Sequence record: SRR20825019_3144
DNA length: 39,237 nucleotides
Strand: one strand, 5' to 3'
The translations under genes were made by a program, and so were the position numbers. The notes beneath the pieces were generated by a model that saw nothing but the letters and a program-made list of their open reading frames with translations, ran no database searches and had not been told where the DNA came from. This document shows positions 20,847 through 29,776 of this stretch, in pieces. Each line of letters begins with the position of its first letter. Position 1 is the first letter of the stretch.

Positions 20847-20905
20847 CTTAGATCGGATTTACCAGATGCCGGGACTAAACACCTGCGGGGGCAGATAAGC
20901 AGGGA

Positions 20906-21184
20906 TCAGGAATAATAGGCCAGCAACATTGCGATGAAGCCGGATGACACCACATAAGCAGTCCCGCCGACAACCACTGTAAAGTCTCCGCCCGGCGTTG
21001 TTTGCGTGATACTTCCGACTGAAACTTGACCGTTTGTCGCTTCAGTAATTGCTGCTGCTACAACAGTCGTGCTGACTGCCTGAGTTCCGCCACCAGGGGC
21101 TGTAATGGTCACGGTGTCGCCGGCCATAGCTCCACCAGCGAAAGCAAACGATAGCACTGTGGAAAGCAGTAAATTCTTCATCAT
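20906..21184 (-). CDS. Small secreted Thr/Gly/Val/Ala-rich protein of unknown function
   Basis: AGGA RBS, Sec signal peptide ending AMA, 27 bp downstream of the barrel gene. Confidence 0.8.
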   Translation of the reverse strand: MMKNLLLSTVLSFAFAGGAMAGDTVTITAPGGGTQAVSTTVVAAAITEATNGQVSVGSITQTTPGGDFTVVVGGTAYVVSSGFIAMLLAYYS

Positions 21185-21211
21185 GATACGATCCTATCCT
21201 ATCTATTGTGT

Positions 21212-21982
21212 TCAGAAACTGTACGCGATGGACAAGGCAACCTGCCGACGATCAGTATTATCTGTCACGTCAAGCACACTGAGCGAGGAGCTGATGCTTG
21301 TATCTGGCACACCGAAGGAGACGCCCACATTAAGTTGCGTCTCAGTGAACGACATGCTGGCACTCATGTTTTGTGTTACACCGACACCGACACCGGCAAA
21401 AAGCCCATCATCAACAGTTCCGTTGGAATTTCGAGTGTTGTCGGTTCCGTATCCCAAAACGAATTGGAGTGGGATTTCAATCCCGTTTTTGCCATCTACA
21501 CTTACGATATGGGAGCCATACACCGAATATTGCTCGGGGCGGTTAGAGTTAGGTCCCCATGCCGCAAGGTTAGAGATCGTCCCGCCAATGAACGTCGCTG
21601 AATTTCCGCCGACATGAACAAGTTTGGATGCCGAGATACTAAGCGATCCGGCATCTCCGAACGGATCAAGGCCTGTCACAGCAAGGCCAAATGTCAGGCT
21701 GACATTTTTTATTGGATTACCAACGCTATAGCCTGCGATAAAATCCCCGTCGCCACCAGCGCCCGAGACCCCACCACGTGGGGTTGCATATACGAGCCCA
21801 ACGAAACCACTCCCCGACTTGGGTGCGACCGCAGAAGGCACACCCGCAACCGAGGGGAACGCTAGTTGCGAACTTGGGCTTGGCAGCGAAGCTTGAGGCG
21901 CCTGGACTGCATCGGTCTGTGCGTAGGCAGAAGTCGCGAAAGTCGCGGCGATAAAAGAAATTGCAATTAATTTTTTCGACAT
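21212..21982 (-). CDS. Putative outer-membrane beta-barrel protein
   Basis: Signal peptide ending AYA, alternating amphipathic strands, C-terminal VALSIAYSF beta-signal. Confidence 0.75.
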   Translation of the reverse strand: MSKKLIAISFIAATFATSAYAQTDAVQAPQASLPSPSSQLAFPSVAGVPSAVAPKSGSGFVGLVYATPRGGVSGAGGDGDFIAGYSVGNPIKNVSLTFGLAVTGLDPFGDAGSLSISASKLVHVGGNSATFIGGTISNLAAWGPNSNRPEQYSVYGSHIVSVDGKNGIEIPLQFVLGYGTDNTRNSNGTVDDGLFAGVGVGVTQNMSASMSFTETQLNVGVSFGVPDTSISSSLSVLDVTDNTDRRQVALSIAYSF

Positions 21983-22259
21983 TCTATTTCCACCAGCTCA
22001 TTTGTGCGTTTGACGGACATTTGCCATCGCAAAAGACCATTATTCACCCTAGGGTTTAAAGCTATCACTTTTGCTTTTCAAGAAATTCAACGCCAGATAG
22101 TGGGACTGTGGCAGGAACAAGCGCGCTTGGTGGCTTTCTTGCCACATTATTGACCATTTCTCCCCACTAACAGACCAGATGATCCAGCGGGTGCTTCGTG
22201 CTCAAAATCATGAGCGCTCTTGGTCACTTTACGGAAATCGACGCACGCCTGTCGTACGC

Positions 22260-22382
22260 TCATTTGCGCGTGCAAACGTCTTCATCGCGGATGATATCAT
22301 CCTCACCGAGATAGCTGCCAGTCTTCACCTCGATAGATACCATTAGAGCTTTGCCTAGGTTTTCCATGCGATGAACTGGCCC
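22260..22382 (-). pseudogene. manC: 3' fragment of mannose-1-phosphate guanylyltransferase / mannose-6-phosphate isomerase
   Basis: Manual translation VHRMENLGKALMVSIEVKTGSYLGEDDIIRDEDVCTRK* matches the ManC C-terminus. Confidence 0.88.
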
Positions 22383-22399
22383 TGTCACGCTTTAGTGCC

Positions 22400-22907
22400 G
22401 CCACAAGTGCTCGCTTGGGTCACCGTTCGCTCAAAGACAACCGAGGTTCTCCAGCTCAAGGGCTGGCGGATTGGTAAGCGCGCAATGGGCGCGCGCCTCG
22501 CGCCCAACCCGTCCCTTCTATCGGCAGCGCCCCAGTCGAGCCTGTGCTGATCGCTAGGTTGGGGAAATTAGACCGCAACCTCTCAGCAACCTTTGCCCCC
22601 GTGCTATGGCATCGTGTTCACCGGCCTCAACTTCACTGCCCAGGCGTCCAGTCAGGGGTTGTAGCAGGAATTCATCATCTCGCACTACCTGCAGCAAAAC
22701 GGAATAGTCGAATACGTCATCCGGACACTCGAGAAGCTATGTCTTCAACGCCATCGCTCTGAGTACATCCAGCATGCGAGCCGAAACATGGCATCTGGAG
22801 CAGCCTCTACAACAACCGCCGCCCTCTTCAGTCGCTTGCCAAACGCACGCCTGCTTAACGGTTTAGATTAGCGGCTTAACCTGAGCAGGTTTTGCTTGGG
22901 CAATACA
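22400..22907 (+). mobile_element. IS3-family orfB relic
   Basis: Fragments QLKGW, LIARLG, QEFI..QQNGIVEYVIRTL and YNNRRPLQSL..TPA*RFRLAA*; ends in ...GGGCAATACA. Confidence 0.8.
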
Positions 22908-23296
22908 CGCCAACGTAAACCGGCGTCACGTGCTCACGATTGCAAGGGATTTGTGCCACTTGAGGTGGAGAAAGCGGCAGAGTCGGTGGGGAGGCCTGTC
23001 CATGCTGGACAGTCAGGCGCACTCGAGAGCGTCAAACTAGATGTAATGAATAATCTGGATGACCCAACTCCGGCCGAGCGCATCGGTATAATCCGTCAAC
23101 GTGCTCTGCAAACTAAGGCCACAAATAGGCGGACACGACCAATTTGAACCATTTTTCTGAAGTGTGCCGTAAATAGAGACCCTTCACACAATTCCATCGG
23201 AAGTTGAAAATTCGTTGAAGTTACAAATAGTTATACGTCGCTTCAAATTTTTATGGTACAAGTATGTCAACAAACCAAATTACTGAAACAATAAAT

Positions 23297-23473
23297 ATGA
23301 AACCCCAATGCCCCCCTTGCAATCAAAGATGTAACCAAGGGCGAACTTGCCCAGCGAGAATGCAGCGCACAGACGCGTGTACACGACAGCCTCTATTAAG
23401 TGCGCTGAGAGAAAAAGTTCAACGGCGCTGTGAAATTATCAAAAATTTTGTCTCAATCCCTCGTAAGCACTGA
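23297..23473 (+). CDS. Small Cys-cluster protein (CPPCNQRCNQGRTCP)
   Basis: 58-aa ORF (69 aa from the upstream ATG) with four clustered Cys; no clear RBS. Confidence 0.35.
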   Translation: MKPQCPPCNQRCNQGRTCPARMQRTDACTRQPLLSALREKVQRRCEIIKNFVSIPRKH

Positions 23474-23863
23474 CCTTCTCGCAAAGGTGAAATAACGTGA
23501 AAGTTGTAAGGTCTAACCAGGCTCAGCAATAGAGGGATATTCATGTACAAAGTATATCCGAATAATTCAGTGAAACACCTCACTCAATAACCCTGAAATC
23601 AAAACGTTAGGCTGTCAGGTTGATTTGAAGCGGAAGTGGCTGCAGCTTTCCGACGGACGTCCCTATCATGCAGAAGTAGCCCGGGCCTTTCGAAACACCT
23701 AATGAACCTACGCCTGCACCACCCGCTCATTCACTCAAATGAAAATCCAAATTTCTTTATCTACCTATAGATGAAGTTAAGTGGTCAATTGAAGGATAAA
23801 AATTGATGAGAGGTATTCGCATTTGGCATTCTCAGGCAGCCGGATAATTCTTAGACATTACTT

Positions 23864-24875
23864 GGGCTTTGTTGCGCCAAACTGCTGCTGAACGGACTCC
23901 CCCTTTCTTGGACGCAATCACATCATGGCTTTCGGGACGGGTATTCCTAACGCGTTGTAGCACTTCATTCTGGCAATGCAGACTTGAATTTTGGCGACAA
24001 TTCGTCTGAAATCTCGCGCCATGAGGCGTTGACCAACCAGCTTCGTGCAGTGCATCTTTATCTCCTCAGGACTTCGGCAGTGGTACCCGCTTCAATTTCG
24101 CCAGATCGCGCGACCTCGGTATTTTGATGCTCGCAGGGCTTCGCTGCGGAAGCTGGCGCCGCCGTTTGTCGGCTTCAACGGCTTTGCATTTCTGCGGGGC
24201 GGGATAACTACATGAGCGCCAAGAGTTGCAATCGCATTGTGGCGATTTCGTGTAGCGTAGGCGCTCTTTTGACAGGATCTAGCCCATAAGCTCAGTAGCG
24301 CCGGCGCAGTGTCGTTGTGTCTGCCCCGAATCTCAGCCGCCCGGTTCTCCTGCAATTATTCTTGAATTGCGAGATACTCTTACGCCACACGCACCCTCTG
24401 GGTTCAACATGTCTGCGTACCCGTTACATTCACCCTCAACTTTGATGCCGCTACTGTCGACCAAGAGGTGCAACAGCCCTGCGAGTCACGATTGGAAATG
24501 TTCCAGCGAGCGTCTTTTGGCGGCGCTACGGTGAAAAAGATCCGTCACCTTCCAGTCCGCCAAGCAAGTGTTAACAACACTTCGACGAAACCCGTCGTCC
24601 GGCTGGACGCCATCCCGAAGTGCACCTTCATGGTCAAGCAGGTCTTCACAGCGGCATCTTTGTAGTTCCACTGTCGCCCAGGCTTGTCGGTAGGCGCTGC
24701 ATTACAACACATCTCGGTATCGAACCAAATCATCAATGACCAAAGGCGCTTGAGCGCTTCGCAATGTGCAGGCCAGTTTGCAGTATTGCATCTCAGGAAA
24801 TAGGATTTTTCAGATGCGCATCTATCACACTGTAATGGATGGATAATTTCCCCCAGGCTTTGAGCACTTAAGCCC
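23864..24875 (-). mobile_element. IS5-family (IS903 group) relic
   Basis: IWFDTEM..GRQ..DAAVKTCLTMKV.FGM and IPPRRNAKP fragments with many stops; GGCTTTGTTG end at 23865 and a degenerate other end near 24875; about 1 kb. Confidence 0.85.
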
Positions 24876-25388
24876 GCTTAGGCTAGACCTCCTCCAAGTT
24901 GATCCTCACCACCCACCAATCGGGATGCAAAACCAAGCGCAAGGGCGTGAACCATTTCCGGCCCCACCAAGCTTTCGCAGAAGCGCGGCCAGGCATTACC
25001 ACCAGCCGTATATCTTACATGCAGGGGATAGGTGACCGCGCTCGATCGCCCGGAATTGTTCGCACAACGTCAACTTCTAACGATCAAAATACTTCAACAC
25101 TATCGCCGCTTAAGATCACCAGAGGCTCACGTGACAAATTCAACCAATGATGGATTTTCTAAACACCGCCTACTTTCGAAGGAGTGGCGGCGAAAAGGCT
25201 CATATGACTTGGAATGAACAAATCGGAACAGGCCGCCCGCTCACATTCCATCGAAGTTTTAAGGAGTGATCGCCGAGCGCTACAAGCTTTCACTGGTATC
25301 AATCTAATCTTGACTACACCAATTCAGATTGCAATTCTTTCAGAAACACTAGATTAAAAATAAGATATGCTTAACGAAGGAATCAGTA

Positions 25389-25706
25389 ATGAATATCGAC
25401 CTTAACGCCATGTCGCACAAAGACCTCATGCAGCTCAAGGCAGACGTGGAAGCCGCAATCAAGCACGCGCAAATCCGCGATCGCCGTGAAGCCCTTGAAG
25501 CGGCAGAGAAGGCTGCAGCCAAATACGGGTTCTCCTTAGATGAATTGTCCATGTCGGGAAAATTGAAAAAATCCAAAACAGTCTCCGAGCCGAAATACGT
25601 CAACCCTGACAACCTGCAGCAGACGTGGACCGGCAAAGGCCGTCAGCCCAAGTGGTATGTCGAAGCAATCAAAGGCGGAAAACAACCCGCAGATCTCGAA
25701 ATCTGA
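25389..25706 (+). CDS. hns: H-NS family nucleoid-associated protein (HvrA/Spb-like)
   Basis: Coiled-coil N-terminus and PKYVNP..TWTGKGRQPKW DNA-binding motif; AAGGA RBS. Confidence 0.93.
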   Translation: MNIDLNAMSHKDLMQLKADVEAAIKHAQIRDRREALEAAEKAAAKYGFSLDELSMSGKLKKSKTVSEPKYVNPDNLQQTWTGKGRQPKWYVEAIKGGKQPADLEI

Positions 25707-25735
25707 AACTCTGCTTTCACCGGTCTAAAAACTAG

Positions 25736-25762
25736 ACACCGCGCCTGATCTGGCGCGGTGTT
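25736..25762 (+). terminator. Probable terminator after hns
   Basis: 10-bp stem ACACCGCGCC/GGCGCGGTGT 30 bp after the stop; weak U tail. Confidence 0.55.
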
Positions 25763-26409
25763 CGCGCATGCAGATATGGACAGTCGCCGCGTATCTCGAT
25801 CATTCTTAGCAGCATCGAAAACACATCTGACGCATGGACGCCTTCAGGCGAACTTGCGAACTTCGACATCAAAGCCGCTGACATCGATTGCGCCTCGCTT
25901 GCCGACGACTATCGCTTGAAGAACGTCGTCTCGATTGTCCAGAATTGCATAATGCTGGATTTCGGCGGCGGAATCTTCACTCTGACATCGGCTTTCGCTT
26001 ACCACGACACGGTCAACAATGCTCTGGGCGACGCGTCCGACCTGAACGACACTGCCCACACCTTGTTAGCGTCGTTGTGCTTGGTCCCCGCCGACACCCT
26101 TGGTCTGGACGTCATCTGATATAGAAGGCGAAACACTGGTTGTAGGCTTCGCCGACTATGACATGGACATCCACAATGAATACAGGCGCTCGCAGCGCAC
26201 CCGGATACAACGTCCCAATTGCCGCACATTACCCCGAAGGCGGCACCAGCCTATCATGTTAGATGAACGGGAAAATCCAGCGTCCGGCGGCCCTGAGTGG
26301 GGGGCCCGGAGCAGAAGGCAAACTTACGTCCAACAAAAAAAGCACTTGTTCTCAAAGATCGCTGACAATGAGACTATCGCGGGGATCAAAATGTTCGTTG
26401 GGTACAAGC

Positions 26410-27807
26410 TCAGGCCGGATCTTCCACAGCCGCGGGCAGGTCAAGGCGGACAAGCGTGCCCTTGCCGACCTCGACCAGACGGACACGTGCATTGTGCCGG
26501 GACACGACCTGCTGGACAAAGGCCAGCCCCAGGCCCGTCCCTTCACCGTTGCGCAACTGCGAGAACCGGCGAAAGGCGGTGTCTGCCTGATCCAGCGGGA
26601 TGCCGATGCCGTCATCCTCGACCATGACGACGATCATGTTTTCCGTGCGCTTGGTCCGCACCGTGATCTGTGTCATCCCGTCCCCACCGTGGCGCAGGGC
26701 GTTCTCGACAAGGTTGGTCAGCGCCTCGCCGATCAGCACGGGATCGCCGTCCATCATCAGGGGACCGTCAAAGCGGTCGAGGGTGAAATCCAGATCGCGG
26801 GTCAGGGCGGCGGGGACCGTTGCCTCGCAGACTTCCTTGACGATCTGGTTCAAATCGAAACGCGTCACGGGACCGGTGTTGCCGTAGCGCAGCCTTTCAA
26901 GCTGCAGCAACTGGTCGGTCAAGCGCGCCGAAGCACGGGCGGCGGCGATCAGTTCGTTTTGCCGGGCATTGCGTTCTGTTTCGTCGCGAACGTCGGGCAG
27001 GGTTTCGGCCAGAGCCAGCAGCGCGGCGGTCGGGTTGCGCAACTGGTGCGCAGCGTCCGAGATGAAGGCCTGATGCGCCTCGATGCTGTCGCGCATCTGG
27101 CCGAGCAGGCGGTTCAGGGTGGACACCACACCGGCGACCTCTTCGGGCACGGGGCGGCGAATGCGGCCCAGGTCATCGGGTGATCGTTGCTGGATGGCCT
27201 CTTGCAGGTCGTTCAGCGGGCGCAGACCGATCTGGACCCCGAACCAGATCACCAAGGCCAGCGCGGCCATCAGGCCGGCCACGAGCGAAAAGGCCCGCAA
27301 GGCCAGCTCACGGGCAAAGGTCTGTCGGTCGCTGGCCCGCTGCCAGACGGTAACGATCGTATCGCCGGACAGGTTGTCGATGGTGCGGCTTTCGACCATG
27401 CGCAGGACGCGCATTTCTTCGCCCCGGTAATCGGCCACGTAATAACTTGGTTCATCGCGGACCGGGACTTCGGCGGCGCGTGGCGGATAGGCATAGCCGG
27501 TCACGTAGTATCCGCCGGGTCCGGTGACGTGGTAGAAAATCTCGCCTCCGCCTGCGTCCGAGATGAAATTGCGGGTGCTGGGCGACAGCGCATCCCCGTC
27601 GGAAATCGTGATGTCCCGCGATATCGCCAGAGCTGCGGCCAGAAGGCTGCGGTCAAACAATTCTTCTGATGTTTGCTGCGCCACTTCGTAGCGCCAGAGG
27701 CCGAGCAGGACCGAAACGACAAGCAGCGGTGGCAGAATGACAAGGAACAACCGCAGTCGAAGCGAGATGGCCTTGTGCGTGACCTTTCTGCGCCGGTTAT
27801 ACGGCAT
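26410..27807 (-). CDS. tctE: Sensor histidine kinase, TctE-like
   Basis: FDRSL N-terminal sensor region, H-box DAAHQLRNP, NLVENALRH, DDGIG, GTGLGL; start moved to ATG 27807, overlapping the tctD end. Confidence 0.85.
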   Translation of the reverse strand: MPYNRRRKVTHKAISLRLRLFLVILPPLLVVSVLLGLWRYEVAQQTSEELFDRSLLAAALAISRDITISDGDALSPSTRNFISDAGGGEIFYHVTGPGGYYVTGYAYPPRAAEVPVRDEPSYYVADYRGEEMRVLRMVESRTIDNLSGDTIVTVWQRASDRQTFARELALRAFSLVAGLMAALALVIWFGVQIGLRPLNDLQEAIQQRSPDDLGRIRRPVPEEVAGVVSTLNRLLGQMRDSIEAHQAFISDAAHQLRNPTAALLALAETLPDVRDETERNARQNELIAAARASARLTDQLLQLERLRYGNTGPVTRFDLNQIVKEVCEATVPAALTRDLDFTLDRFDGPLMMDGDPVLIGEALTNLVENALRHGGDGMTQITVRTKRTENMIVVMVEDDGIGIPLDQADTAFRRFSQLRNGEGTGLGLAFVQQVVSRHNARVRLVEVGKGTLVRLDLPAAVEDPA

Positions 27808-28468
27808 CGATTTCCAACATGTAGCCAAGCCCCCGCGCCGTCTTGATCCGTATTCCAAAGGGTTCGAGCCGCTTGCGCAGACGTGACACATGCGGCTCAA
27901 TGGCGCTGTCGTCGGCGTCCGACCCGATGCCATAGACATGGTTGATCAGCTGCGACTTGGACACAAGTCGCCCGCGCCGTTCCAGCAGGCATTCCAGCGT
28001 CGCGATTTCCTTGCGCGGAATATCGAGCGGCTGTTCGTCCAGCAGGATCTGGCGTCCGGTCCGGTCGAAGACCAGCGGGCCCAGATTGTCACGTTCCGTG
28101 AAGTCAAGGTTCTTGCGCCGCGCCATGGCGCGCAGCCGGGCCTCGAGTTCGTCCATTTCAAAGGGCTTGGTCAGATAGTCGTCCGCACCGGCGTCCAGCC
28201 CCGCCACCCGTTCCGCCGTTTCCGACCGCGCGGTCAGAAGGATCACGGGTGTGCCGTCGCCACGGCGGCGCATGGCGCGCAGAACCTCGATCCCGTCGAG
28301 GCCGGGCAGGTTCAGGTCCAGAACGACGAGGTCTGCACCTTCTTGTGCAAGAAACGCGTCGGCTTCGGCCCCGTCGCGCAACAGATCGACCGAATGCCCC
28401 CGGTCCCGCAGGCGGAAAGCAATTCCGTGCGCAAGGGCCTCGTTATCTTCAATCACTGCGATGCGCAT
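27797..28468 (-). CDS. tctD: OmpR-family response regulator, TctD-like
   Basis: MRIAVIEDN, LDLNLPGLDG, GADDYLTKPF, TARGLGY; divergent from tctC. Confidence 0.88.
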   Translation of the reverse strand: MRIAVIEDNEALAHGIAFRLRDRGHSVDLLRDGAEADAFLAQEGADLVVLDLNLPGLDGIEVLRAMRRRGDGTPVILLTARSETAERVAGLDAGADDYLTKPFEMDELEARLRAMARRKNLDFTERDNLGPLVFDRTGRQILLDEQPLDIPRKEIATLECLLERRGRLVSKSQLINHVYGIGSDADDSAIEPHVSRLRKRLEPFGIRIKTARGLGYMLEIDAV

Positions 28469-28489
28469 GATTACTTCTTTGTCATATTG

Positions 28490-28506
28490 CGCAAGTTTCA
28501 CGCAAG
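28490..28506. promoter_or_regulatory. Candidate TctD binding site
   Basis: Direct repeat CGCAAG-N5-CGCAAG (11-bp period) between tctD and tctC. Confidence 0.45.
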
Positions 28507-28616
28507 GTTGGAACAGCATGATGCAGTGGTTGGAGGAGGGAATCAGTCCCTTTCAAGAAATAAATATGTCGCGCCGGGCAAATGATCGGCGCGAAAAGGT
28601 CTCGGGGAGGATACCA

Positions 28617-29693
28617 ATGACCATCAAGACACTCGCAGCCTCGGCTGCCGCAATCGCTCTTATGACAGGGCCGACACTGGCCGAAGTCGATCTGTCCGGC
28701 AAGACAATCGAATGGGTCATTCCGTTCTCGGAAACCGGTGGCTCGGCGAAATGGGCGAACTTCTTTGCACCGCTGTTGTCCCAGGAGCTGCCAGGCAATC
28801 CCACGGTTGTGGTGAAATTCATGCCCGGCGCGGGATCAACCAAGGGCGCCAACTGGTTCCAGGAGCAGGAAGACGGGGACGGTACGCTGTTGTTCGGCAC
28901 CTCGGGGTCCACACAGTTTCCTTACCTGCTGGACGATCCGCGCGTGCGTTATGAATATGCCGACTGGGTGCCCGTCATGGCGTCCGGCACCGGCGGCGTT
29001 GCTTATCTGAACCCCACGGATGGCGCGAAATTTGACGGCTCTGCCAACAACCTCAAGGACATTGATTTTATCTTTGGTTCGCAAGGCGCGACCCGTCTGG
29101 ACATCGTGCCGCTGCTGGCATGGGAAATGCTTGGCATGAACGTCGAGCCGGTCTTTGGCATCAAGGGACGCGGTGACGGACGCCTGATGTTCGAGCGTGG
29201 CGAGGCGACGATCGATTACCAGACCTCGTCAAGCTATATCGGGGCCTCGGCAGATCTGGTTGAGCAGGGAAAAGCCGTCGCGATGATGACTTGGGGCGCA
29301 TTGGACGAGGACGGCAACATCGTGCGTGATCCGACCTTCCCGGACATTCCCACTTTCAAGGAAGTCTGCGAAGCGACCGAGGGTTGCGAAACCAGCGGCG
29401 AGGCCTGGGATTCCTGGAAAGCCTTCTTTGTGGCCGGTTTCCCGTCGCAAAAGATCGCCTTCCTGCCCAAAGGGACATCGCAAGAGGTGACCGACACCTA
29501 TGTCGCTGCGTTCGAGGCGGTGCGGTCGCATCCCGATTTTGCCAAGATTTCGGCGAATCAGGTCGGACAGTACCCGATGTTTGTTGGCGCAGGCGCTGCG
29601 AAAGCGACCAAGGAAGCGACCACCGTTTCGGACGGCGCAAAAGCCTATGTCATCAACTGGCTCAAGGAAGCGTACGGCGTAACGATCAACTGA
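28617..29693 (+). CDS. tctC: Tripartite tricarboxylate transporter substrate-binding protein
   Basis: GGGGAGG RBS, signal peptide, VIPFSETGG, PGAGS, PDIPT; directly upstream of tctA. Confidence 0.88.
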   Translation: MTIKTLAASAAAIALMTGPTLAEVDLSGKTIEWVIPFSETGGSAKWANFFAPLLSQELPGNPTVVVKFMPGAGSTKGANWFQEQEDGDGTLLFGTSGSTQFPYLLDDPRVRYEYADWVPVMASGTGGVAYLNPTDGAKFDGSANNLKDIDFIFGSQGATRLDIVPLLAWEMLGMNVEPVFGIKGRGDGRLMFERGEATIDYQTSSSYIGASADLVEQGKAVAMMTWGALDEDGNIVRDPTFPDIPTFKEVCEATEGCETSGEAWDSWKAFFVAGFPSQKIAFLPKGTSQEVTDTYVAAFEAVRSHPDFAKISANQVGQYPMFVGAGAAKATKEATTVSDGAKAYVINWLKEAYGVTIN

Positions 29694-29704
29694 TCGACGC
29701 CGCT

Positions 29705-29734
29705 GCGGGGCCCGCCGTTCAGGTCGGGTCCCGC
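29705..29734 (+). terminator. Intercistronic hairpin after tctC
   Basis: GCGGGGCCCG/CGGGTCCCGC stem followed by a pyrimidine run; could stabilise mRNA or terminate partially. Confidence 0.45.
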
Positions 29735-29776
29735 TCACTTCCTTCTTACTGAAAACTCAACAGAAAGAACGGTGCG

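Noticed and set aside
23543-23702. RBS plus ATG starting a possible frameshifted ~50-aa ORF
   Set aside because: Stops after 15 codons and has no recognisable similarity
24899-25150. NHFRPHQAF, similar to an integrase-core C-terminal motif
   Set aside because: Too short to establish another IS relic
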